Part shown: positions 39,672 to 47,957 of the stretch, one piece after another | Layout of the letters: each line of letters opens with the position of its first letter | Position numbering within the stretch: position 1 is the first letter of the stretch | Assembly: GCA_963790475.1 (NCBI GenBank) | Contig: CAWBOS010000015.1 | Span: 192,001 to 256,000 of the forward strand | DNA from: an uncultured delta proteobacterium | Lineage (GTDB): Bacteria > Desulfobacterota > RBG-13-43-22 | Reading direction: 5' to 3' | DNA: 64,000 nucleotides | Translations under genes and position numbers: made by a program | Notes under the pieces: model-generated | Databases searched by the model: none | The model's input: only the letters and a program-made list of their open reading frames with translations | What the model was told of the DNA's origin: nothing

Positions 39672-39882
39672 CAGTCATTCGGAGACCCTCCCCTAAAAGA
39701 CATTTTTTAATAGATACAAGGAAGAAGAGTGAATTGACCCGGATACGTTCGGGAGCAGCCAACCACGGATTATGAGGAGCCACGGCCTACGTTTCCGGCA
39801 AAGCCGGTCAATATATTTCCGAAGATTTAAGAAACAAGTCTCTGAAAGAGAACGGTTGACCATGAAGGTGATAGGTTGAAAA

Positions 39883-42330
39883 ATGGATAAGAGGGCAATA
39901 AAGGTCCGTATGGATTATCCTATTAAGAACACCAAAGAATATAGAGACCTTCCTCTGGGGACGATTCTTAACTCTTTGAAGACCTCCATGGTTGGGCTGG
40001 CGGAATCCGAAGTCGAAAGCCGTCTGGAGCAATTCGGTTATAACGAAATCGTTGAGAAAAAGAAAAATCCTTTTCTGGATTTTCTGTTGCGTTACTGGGG
40101 ACCAATGCCCTGGCTGTTGGAACTGGCCATGGTGCTTTCCTTTGTCTTGAAACATGACCTTGAAGGAATAATTATTTTTGTACTTCTCACGGTCAATGCT
40201 GTCATAGGCCATCTGCACTCCCAGGGTTCACAAAGGGCCGTCGAGCTTCTCAAAAAAAAGCTGGCCATTCAGGCAAAAGTCATGAGGGACGGGAAATGGG
40301 TGGTAAAGGAGGCCAGAGAGATCGCACCGGGAGATGTTATCGAGGTCGGACTGGGTGATATCGTTCCGGCGGATGCGGTGATGCTCAGCGGAGAACTTTC
40401 CGTTGATCAATCGGCCCTGACCGGAGAATCCCTGCCGGTGAAGACCCACCCCTCAGATATCCTCTATTCCGGCTCTGTCGTGGGACGAGGCGAGGCCAGC
40501 GCTCTGGTGGTCAATATCGGCGCCAATACCTATTTCGGAAAAACAACGGAATTGGTCAAGATAGCAAGGCCCAAATCCCATCAGGACGAAGTGATGATGG
40601 CCATAGTCAAAAATATGATGGTTCTGGGCATAGCCGCCTCCCTCTTAGTTTCCGCCTTTGCCCTGGTGATCCATACTGGTTTTCTGTTAATACTAACCTT
40701 CGTTGCGATCTTCCTGATGGGGGCGGTCCCTGTGGCCCTTCCGGCCGTTCTGACCATAGTCCAGTCCGTTGGGGCCATGGAGTTGGCTAAAAGGGGGGCG
40801 CTGGTGACCAGACTGGCTTCGATCGAGGATGCGGCCTCCATTGATGTTCTTTGTCTCGACAAGACTGGTACTATAACCCAGAACCGATTATCGGTCACCG
40901 ACAGCCTTCCTTTTCCCGGATATAAATCGGATGATGTTATCGCCCTGGCCGCATTGGCCTCTCGGGAGGAAGGCATGGACATCATAGATCTTGCGGTTAT
41001 GGAATATGCACAAAAAAATAAAATTGATTTTAGCAATTACCGGCAGACCGAATACACCCCTTTCAACCCAACCGTTAAAAGAACAGAGGCGATAATCGAA
41101 GCAGCAGGCCGGCGCTTTCGGGTGGTTAAAGGCGCAGTCCAGATAGTCCTTCCCTTATGCCGGGGAATAGACCAGGAGGTGCGGAAGAAGGCAGACCGGA
41201 TGACGGAAGCTTTGTCCCGGAAAGGATTCAGAACCTTAGCCGTGGCCCGATCGGAAGGGGATGACCTGAATGATCTCAAGCTGGTGGGCTTGCTGCCTTT
41301 GGCAGATCCGCCCAGACCCGAATCGAAGCGTGTCATCGAGGAAGCAAGAAGACTGGGGATAAAGCCGATGATGCTTACCGGTGATAATATCGCCATTGCC
41401 AGAGAGATCGCCCTTCAGGCTGGCATCGGCAGTAATATTATCCGGATGGTGGATATCGAGGGTTTGAGCGAAGATAAGCGGATCAAGTTGGTCGGAGATA
41501 GCGATGGTTTTGCCGAGATATACCCTGAGGATAAGTACAAAATCGTCAAACTTCTCCAATCCCGGGGCCACATGGTCGGGATGACCGGTGACGGGGTCAA
41601 CGATGCACCGGCCTTGAAACAGGCCGAGATGGGAGTAGCCGTGAGCAATTCAACCGATGTGGCCAAGGCCTCAGCCAGCGTGGTTTTGACCGAACCGGGA
41701 ATCGGCGTCATTATTGATACCATAACCATAAGCAGGCAGACTTATCAACGCATGCTCACCTGGGTTTTAAACAAGGTCACTAAGGTTATTGAATTTGTCG
41801 GTTTACTGACCTTGGGTTTCTTCTGGCTCCATGAAATTGTACTCTCTCTTCTTGGCATGGCGCTGCTGGTATTTGCCAATGATTTTGTAACCATGTCCCT
41901 GGCAACCGATCATGTAAAGTATACGCCCAGTCCTAACCGGTGGAATGTCAGGAATATTACTCTGGCTTCGGTCGTTCCGGGTATGCTCCTGGTCCTGGAA
42001 GGCCTGCTGGTAATCCTGATGGGTTCGAACTATTTTCATCTGGAAGGGGAAAAGTTGCGCACCCTGGTCATGCTGAATCTGGTGTTCAATAGCCAGTTCC
42101 GGGTACTTATTGTCAGAGAGCGGAGACACTTCTGGTCCTCACTTCCGGGCCGGGAATTGCTGCTCCTGAGTTCAGCAACCCTAATCGGCTTTGCCCTGTT
42201 GGGCCTCTATGGTATCCTTGTTCCATCCGTCAGCCTGCCACAGGTCTTTGCTGTTCTGGGGTTCTCCGTCCTCTTCACGCTCGGGATTGATTTTCCCAAA
42301 TACTATCTGTTCAGAAAATTCGGCTTGTAA
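39883..42330 (+). CDS. Plasma-membrane-type proton-efflux P-type ATPase (P3A)
   Basis: WGPMPWLLE, DQSALTGES, PVALPAV, DKTGT, DPPR, TGDGVNDAPALK, ND in TM6. Confidence 0.9.
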   Translation: MDKRAIKVRMDYPIKNTKEYRDLPLGTILNSLKTSMVGLAESEVESRLEQFGYNEIVEKKKNPFLDFLLRYWGPMPWLLELAMVLSFVLKHDLEGIIIFVLLTVNAVIGHLHSQGSQRAVELLKKKLAIQAKVMRDGKWVVKEAREIAPGDVIEVGLGDIVPADAVMLSGELSVDQSALTGESLPVKTHPSDILYSGSVVGRGEASALVVNIGANTYFGKTTELVKIARPKSHQDEVMMAIVKNMMVLGIAASLLVSAFALVIHTGFLLILTFVAIFLMGAVPVALPAVLTIVQSVGAMELAKRGALVTRLASIEDAASIDVLCLDKTGTITQNRLSVTDSLPFPGYKSDDVIALAALASREEGMDIIDLAVMEYAQKNKIDFSNYRQTEYTPFNPTVKRTEAIIEAAGRRFRVVKGAVQIVLPLCRGIDQEVRKKADRMTEALSRKGFRTLAVARSEGDDLNDLKLVGLLPLADPPRPESKRVIEEARRLGIKPMMLTGDNIAIAREIALQAGIGSNIIRMVDIEGLSEDKRIKLVGDSDGFAEIYPEDKYKIVKLLQSRGHMVGMTGDGVNDAPALKQAEMGVAVSNSTDVAKASASVVLTEPGIGVIIDTITISRQTYQRMLTWVLNKVTKVIEFVGLLTLGFFWLHEIVLSLLGMALLVFANDFVTMSLATDHVKYTPSPNRWNVRNITLASVVPGMLLVLEGLLVILMGSNYFHLEGEKLRTLVMLNLVFNSQFRVLIVRERRHFWSSLPGRELLLLSSATLIGFALLGLYGILVPSVSLPQVFAVLGFSVLFTLGIDFPKYYLFRKFGL

Positions 42331-42605
42331 ATCCAATCGTCATCGCTGGGGCCGGTCTTTATGATCATCGGACTTAAAACTCCAACCAACAGATCAAAAT
42401 TTCTTCCTCTTCTTTACGGAATTCGGAAAAATTCTCGTTGTGGCAGCTAAAATGGCTTCGGTGGCTTTCACTTAATATATTAATTCTTAATGATATTTCG
42501 ACTCTAATCGAATATCTACTACTACGCAGAATCAGGGTCTTGAAAATTAAACGATTACAAAAGGAAATATGGCAAAAAGGGAGAGCCGACCCCCTCGATG
42601 ACCTA

Positions 42606-44590
42606 GCCCATCTTCCGCAGTTTGGAGAAAAAATCAAGAAAAACGTGATGAATTTTCAGGAATTGTTAAATGATTTCAAGTCCTGATCTTTGAAAATTGG
42701 ATGTAGTGAAGACCACCCCCTTGCCAGGTGCTGTGGGAACGGAGATAATGGGGTTATGTATCTCCGGCGTGCGACCAAAAAGAAAGGTGGAGCGGAGTAC
42801 GAGAGCTGGCTTTTAGTTGAGTCGGTCCGTACTGCCCGAGGGCCCCGTCAGCGAGTAGTGGCGACGATAGGGAAACTTCCTGGCCTTGATCGGGAAGAGC
42901 GGATAGGTTGGGAGGAGATCGGACGGATTCTTTCCGGAAAGCCTCTACCTGGACCTGAACTGTTTGAGCAGGGGGAAGACCCCCCATCTTGGGCCACGGT
43001 CAATATCCATGGCGTAAGCGTCGAGCGACTCAGAGGCTTCGGCGATGTCTATTTGGGGTTGCTTTTGTGGAACAAACTGGGGCTTGCCAGGTTCTGCCGA
43101 GATCATATTCCTTCCAACCGGGAAGAGATTCCTTGGTCGATCATGGCGTCTATTTTAGTTCTTGGACGCTTTTGCGCCCCATCGTCGGAATTACAGATGG
43201 CCGAGTTTTGGTATGGCCAGACGGCCTTAGACGATCTGCTGGGAGTGGCCGACTATAAGATCAATGAGGATCGGCTTTATCGTGCCCTGGATGCCTTGCT
43301 TCCCCACAAGGATGCCTTAAGCCGTCACCTTCAGGAGCGTTATGGGGAACTGTTCGGCAGTAGCTTTGATTTTTTGTTTTATGACATAACCTCCACCTAT
43401 TTTGAGGGGACCGCCAAGGGCAATGCCCAGGCCAAGAGGGGTTACAGCCGGGACAGTCGTCCAGATTGTCCCCAGGTCTGCATCGGCCTGGTGGCCACCC
43501 GAGAGGGCTTTCCCATAGCCTTTGAGGTTTTTGACGGCAATCGACCGGATGTTACGACGACCCAAGAGATGGTTCAGATGATGGAGGCCAAATACGGCCA
43601 AGCCAACCGGATCTGGGTTATGGATCGCGGCATGGTGAGTGAGGAGAATCTGGAGTTTATGCGCAAAGTCGGTGCCCGCTATTTGGTCGGCACCCCAAAA
43701 GTGATGCTGAAGAAGTTTGAGCAGCAGCTTTTCGAACAGAACTGGGAAGCGGTCCAACCTGGTGTTGAGGTCAAGCTCTGTTGCTCGCCGGAAGGAACGG
43801 ATGAAATCTTTGTCCTGTGCCGGTCTCAAGGCCGGAAGGAGAAAGAAAACGCCATTCTAAACCACTTTTTGACCCGACTGGAAAGCCAACTGGATCACCT
43901 GGCCCGCCAGGCCGAAACCGGCAAGCTCCGAGACAAGCAGAAAGTCGAGCGGAGAATAGGGCGACTGCTGGAACAAAATAAACGTGCGGCCTCGTTGTTC
44001 AATATTACAGTCATAGAGACCGGTACCGGAAAAGACGCACCGCTTTCCCTAGAAGTCAAGAAGAACGAACAACGGCAACAGTGGGCCTTGGAGACCGGCG
44101 GTAGCTACATCCTGCGCACCAACTGGACCGAAAGTGACCCGAAAGTCCTATGGAATACCTACATCCAACTGACGGAAGTGGAAGATTCATTCCGTACCGA
44201 GAAACATGATCTGGGAATGCGACCGATCTTCCATCAAAAACAGGAACGGACCCAGGCTCATATCCTGGTCTGCTTCTTGGCGCTGACTATGTGGCGAACG
44301 CTCCAGCAATGGATGAAAGCCTCGGGACTCGGTACCGCCCCAAGAAAGCTGTTGGAGGAGTTGCGGGAATTGAAATCTTTGGATGTGCTACTACCGGCGC
44401 GGGAGAGAACCCTCCGGCTCAGAATGGTGGCTACTCCCTCAAAGGAACTCAAAGTGCTGCTTCAGAGATTGAAAATTCTGCTCCCCAACAAACCAAAAAT
44501 TATTGAAAATGTAGTGAAGAAAATGCCCTAATTCTTGTCGTAACTATTTGATATCGCGTCTTCCATGCTTTCTAACTGCGGAAGATGGGC
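42606..44590 (+). mobile_element. Complete IS1634-family element
   Basis: TIR GCCCATCTTCCGCAGTT / AACTGCGGAAGATGGGC, flanked by TA on both sides. Confidence 0.9.
42756..44531 (+). CDS. IS1634-family transposase
   Basis: FYDITSTYFEG, GYSRDSRPDCPQV, VMDRGMVSEENL, VEDSFRTEKHDLGMRPIFH. Confidence 0.95.
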   Translation: MYLRRATKKKGGAEYESWLLVESVRTARGPRQRVVATIGKLPGLDREERIGWEEIGRILSGKPLPGPELFEQGEDPPSWATVNIHGVSVERLRGFGDVYLGLLLWNKLGLARFCRDHIPSNREEIPWSIMASILVLGRFCAPSSELQMAEFWYGQTALDDLLGVADYKINEDRLYRALDALLPHKDALSRHLQERYGELFGSSFDFLFYDITSTYFEGTAKGNAQAKRGYSRDSRPDCPQVCIGLVATREGFPIAFEVFDGNRPDVTTTQEMVQMMEAKYGQANRIWVMDRGMVSEENLEFMRKVGARYLVGTPKVMLKKFEQQLFEQNWEAVQPGVEVKLCCSPEGTDEIFVLCRSQGRKEKENAILNHFLTRLESQLDHLARQAETGKLRDKQKVERRIGRLLEQNKRAASLFNITVIETGTGKDAPLSLEVKKNEQRQQWALETGGSYILRTNWTESDPKVLWNTYIQLTEVEDSFRTEKHDLGMRPIFHQKQERTQAHILVCFLALTMWRTLQQWMKASGLGTAPRKLLEELRELKSLDVLLPARERTLRLRMVATPSKELKVLLQRLKILLPNKPKIIENVVKKMP

Positions 44591-44729
44591 TAAAAGGGAA
44601 AGGTTGAGTTGGGATGTTTTCTCGAAGTCTTATTTTGGATGAAAATTAATACCATTCCTCAGAGAAATTTCCATAGAATTTTGAGGATGAAACCTGGCCT
44701 CGGACTTCGGCCGCGGCCCGCCTGGACGG

Positions 44730-45275
44730 TTATTTTGAAACGATATATCTGAAGAAGCAGGCGTCGTCGCCCCCGGAGAGGAACTTGGTGATCTCGATGG
44801 TAAGATCGGGATTATAGCCAAAAAGAATCGCCCGGTCGATCCATTTGCAATAGTAGTGGAAATAAGGTTCCAGGCCCAGGTCACAGGCCCCGTCCCGGAT
44901 GAAGCATCGATTGATTGTCAGGGTGAGGTCCTTCCCCTCGATGTTCGGGACGGACGTGTTCGCCGCCGAGGTATCCAGGTCCATATGAACCAGGAAGTTC
45001 TTGAAGGAGAGGGCCAGCCCCCGGGCCTTCACTTTTTCGGCGATCCGTTTGCCCCTCCTCCACCCGAAATCCTCCACGGCTTTTTTGATGATCGCCTCCC
45101 CCTTCCCGATGCCCACCTCGTCGATCACGGTCTTGGCCAAGACCGCAAACATCTGACCCATCAAGGCCGGCATCGGGGTAATAGTCCGGCCGGAGAGCTC
45201 TGCCCTTTCCTTCATCGCCTCTGCCAGGTAGTCCCAGGAAAGGCCCTCACTCTTTTCTTTTTGAATCTCGTCCAT
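44730..45275 (-). CDS. L-2-amino-thiazoline-4-carboxylic acid hydrolase-like (V4R-like) protein
   Basis: AVEDFGWRRG, RCF, YCKWIDRAILFGYNPD, LSGGDDACFFRY. Confidence 0.75.
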   Translation of the reverse strand: MDEIQKEKSEGLSWDYLAEAMKERAELSGRTITPMPALMGQMFAVLAKTVIDEVGIGKGEAIIKKAVEDFGWRRGKRIAEKVKARGLALSFKNFLVHMDLDTSAANTSVPNIEGKDLTLTINRCFIRDGACDLGLEPYFHYYCKWIDRAILFGYNPDLTIEITKFLSGGDDACFFRYIVSK

Positions 45276-45287
45276 GGAAGTCCTCCT

Positions 45288-45626
45288 TTATGGTTTTCTC
45301 ACGACCAGATCTTTGACGACCCGGTCAGGGCTGATGGGCTCGATAGTCACATCCCCCTTCAGCTCCGTTTGGCATAGGAGTCCCGCCTTTCCATTGATCC
45401 TGCCTGTGCACCGGCCGCAGACCCCGAGGGTGCAGGCTGCATGGTCGAAATAAGCGATAGTCGGATCGAGGTGATGGTAGATGTAGTCCAGTGCGTTCAT
45501 GACGCTCATCCCCGTATCGAGGGGAACGGCATAGTCCCGATACGAAGGGGTCTTGTCCGTATGCGGATCAAACCGAAAGAGGTGTACCGTGATCAAGCTC
45601 TGTTTCATAATGGCCTTCCCCATCAT
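45288..45626 (-). CDS. Stand-alone 2Fe-2S protein (SdhB/FrdB N-terminal domain only)
   Basis: FRFDP, SVMNALDYI, ACTLGVCGRC...LLCQ; no 4Fe-4S domain. Confidence 0.85.
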   Translation of the reverse strand: MMGKAIMKQSLITVHLFRFDPHTDKTPSYRDYAVPLDTGMSVMNALDYIYHHLDPTIAYFDHAACTLGVCGRCTGRINGKAGLLCQTELKGDVTIEPISPDRVVKDLVVRKP

Positions 45627-45631
45627 ATCGA

Positions 45632-47425
45632 TTAGTGCTTCCCGCCCGTGTCCGAGTGGGAGAGCATGAGGCGTTTCATCATTTCCAGATAATCGGCGCT
45701 TCCGGCCGGCGGGGTGTCGGCACCGGCGGTAACCGGACGCGTTGTGACGGCAAATAAACCGTCCCGAAAGGTCACGATTGATTCTTTAAGCCAAGTGTCA
45801 TTGTCGGTTTTCGGGTAATCCTGACGGAAGTGGACACCCCGGCTCTCGGTGCGCTCCAGTGCACTCCTGGCTGCCGCCAAGAGCAGGTGGACAATGTTTG
45901 GTAACTCCAAGGCGTCAAGCCATTCCTTATTGTAGGCGCGCGTCTTCCCGGTCACGGCCAAAAAGGGAAGCTCGTCATTCTTTACTCCCTCAAGGAGGGC
46001 AATGAAGTCCCTGAGCTCTTTTTCGGTGCGGATGGGGCCGAGGTGCCTGTGGGCGGCCTCCTGTACTCTGCGCCGGAGGGCGCCGGGTCTCCGTCCCGTT
46101 TTTCTCTTCAGGGGGGCTGAAATCCCGGACTCATGACGGGCAAAGGTATCGGTAGAATGCTTTGAGGTTGCGATTTTCGCGGCGTAGTCGGCAGCGTTCC
46201 TACCGGCATCCCTCCCCTGAACAAGCATCTCGGTGATCGCTGAAAAGACCCGGTTTGCCCCGAAGGCGCCCAAGCAGCACTCTCCTGCGGCAAAAAGCCC
46301 CTGGATGGTTGTCTCGAAGCGTTCGTTGACCACGATCCCACCGTCAAAATATTCCACCGCGGGACCTACCTCGACCGGCTCGTTTTGTTCGAGCATCAGC
46401 GTCCATCGGGTGAGGTCAAGGGCCTTGTACTTCCAGTTGGGGAAGATAAAACCGCCGATCGCCTTCATGGTATCCCAGGGAACATCACCCCTGCTGTAGT
46501 GGACGCCGCCGTTCTTAAAGCCCCGCCCGGCCGCGGCCTCTTTGGCCGAGACGTGGGACAGGAAGCTCTTGTTCCATTCGGTGGTAGTGCCGATCCTGAC
46601 GACATCGGGGTCGTATCCGGCGAGGATGTCTTCTCCCCGGTTGTTAGTGAGGCGTCCCCCGGCAATCAGAGATAGCATATAGGGGGCGATGCTGCCCCGC
46701 CACATTGGCGGATCGTAGAAGACATTGCAGCAGAAAGTGATGAACTCCATATTGCCGATGTCCGCACCCGCCTTGTGGGCGATAGCGATCCCCTCACCGG
46801 AGAGATCCCTCATGCCGGTGGTAGGCTCAAACGCCTTGTGCCAACCCCCGGTGGCCATCACCACGGACCTGGCCCGAATTCGTAAAAAATCGCCCGTCAT
46901 GATGTCCAGCGCAACCCCCCCGACAACCCGGCCGTCCTCCACTACCAGGTCAAGGAGGGCCACGTTTTCGATGAGCGTGACGCCCAACCTTCGCGCCCGT
47001 TTCAGGAGGACATCCATAATCTTGGTACCGGAGGTAAAAATCATCCTCTGGTCGGAGGTCTTGATATCGATACCCCATTCGATGAGCTCTTTCAAGCAGC
47101 CGGGGGCGGCGGCGATGTACTGATCGACAAGACGTCGGTTGTTGAGGTGCCACCCTTGGGTGACGATGTCGTTGTATACCTTTTCGCGGCTGTCGTTGGG
47201 ATCTCCGGTCAAACCTTCAATTTCGCTCATGCTCCTCCCGTCCAGCGTAAAATCGGCCCCCGCCATCGGGGAGGCCCCGGAACGGGCGAGTGGCCCCTTG
47301 GAGAGGAGGATCACCCCCGCGCCACGCTCGACGGCGCAAATGGCGGCCCTAAATCCCGCCCCCCCGCCTCCGACGACGAGAACGTCGATCGAGAGATCAA
47401 GAGCCTTATGGTTACCGGTTCCCAT
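45632..47425 (-). CDS. FAD-dependent oxidoreductase of the SdhA/FrdA/NadB superfamily, non-canonical active site
   Basis: VVGGGGAG, VVMATGG, GLFAAGEC, GANR, ESRGVHFRQDYP. Confidence 0.88.
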   Translation of the reverse strand: MGTGNHKALDLSIDVLVVGGGGAGFRAAICAVERGAGVILLSKGPLARSGASPMAGADFTLDGRSMSEIEGLTGDPNDSREKVYNDIVTQGWHLNNRRLVDQYIAAAPGCLKELIEWGIDIKTSDQRMIFTSGTKIMDVLLKRARRLGVTLIENVALLDLVVEDGRVVGGVALDIMTGDFLRIRARSVVMATGGWHKAFEPTTGMRDLSGEGIAIAHKAGADIGNMEFITFCCNVFYDPPMWRGSIAPYMLSLIAGGRLTNNRGEDILAGYDPDVVRIGTTTEWNKSFLSHVSAKEAAAGRGFKNGGVHYSRGDVPWDTMKAIGGFIFPNWKYKALDLTRWTLMLEQNEPVEVGPAVEYFDGGIVVNERFETTIQGLFAAGECCLGAFGANRVFSAITEMLVQGRDAGRNAADYAAKIATSKHSTDTFARHESGISAPLKRKTGRRPGALRRRVQEAAHRHLGPIRTEKELRDFIALLEGVKNDELPFLAVTGKTRAYNKEWLDALELPNIVHLLLAAARSALERTESRGVHFRQDYPKTDNDTWLKESIVTFRDGLFAVTTRPVTAGADTPPAGSADYLEMMKRLMLSHSDTGGKH

Positions 47426-47467
47426 GATACCTCCGATTAAGGATGGTTATAGATAAGAACTTATTTT

Positions 47468-47572
47468 TGATGGGAACAGTATAAAATGAGACAAATACAG
47501 GATCAAGAAGAAAAATTGGGAAAACGGGATAAGTGACTGAAGGGGTCTTCTCAAGAAAATGGGACTTGTGAA
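47468..47572 (-). promoter_or_regulatory. Repeated promoter element, copy B
   Basis: Minus strand TTGATC-17-TATACT; shares TATAAAA-N15-ATCAAGAAGAAAAA-N27-GGGTCTTCT with copy A. Confidence 0.65.
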
Positions 47573-47645
47573 TAGTTTTCTATGTTGTAATGACGGAGAC
47601 ATATCAGTCGCCTTCATTACCCACCCGTTCGAACAATTTCAAAGA

Positions 47646-47681
47646 GACCAAAGCCCCAAGCCATTCTTGGGGCTTTTGGTC
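47646..47681. terminator. Terminator-like hairpin
   Basis: GACCAAAGCCCCAAG ccatt CTTGGGGCTTTTGGTC. Confidence 0.6.
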
Positions 47682-47709
47682 GATTCCAAGTTGAAAAACC
47701 TGATTGGTC

Positions 47710-47922
47710 CTACTGAATGAGGGTTGAGCCCCAATTGAATTTGTAGTTCACACCAACCACTATTCCGTTCGATTGTGCGTTTATGTCGGATGACCTCTGT
47801 GCAATAGGGAAAGTGACAGTGTAGTCAGGTGTGTTGTTGTACCGATATTCGACGAAAGCACTCCAGTTAGGAGCGAAGCCGTACTCGATACCCCCACCAA
47901 TTGTCCACCCGGTCCTGTCCGT
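47710..47922 (-). pseudogene. C-terminal fragment of an Omp25/RopB-like outer-membrane beta-barrel
   Basis: Manual translation TDRTGWTIGGGIEYGFAPNWSAFVEYRY...IVVGVNYKFNWG; no start codon. Confidence 0.75.
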
Positions 47923-47957
47923 CTATGGGGGATGCAACCTCCAAACCACTATTTAAA

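Noticed and set aside
42374-42686. Short ORFs at the left end of IS1634
   Set aside because: They cross the TIR and AT-rich intergenic DNA; probably spurious.
44730-47425. Annotation as succinate dehydrogenase/fumarate reductase sdhAB
   Set aside because: Dicarboxylate-binding and covalent-FAD His motifs are absent, the Fe-S subunit is truncated, and there is no membrane anchor.
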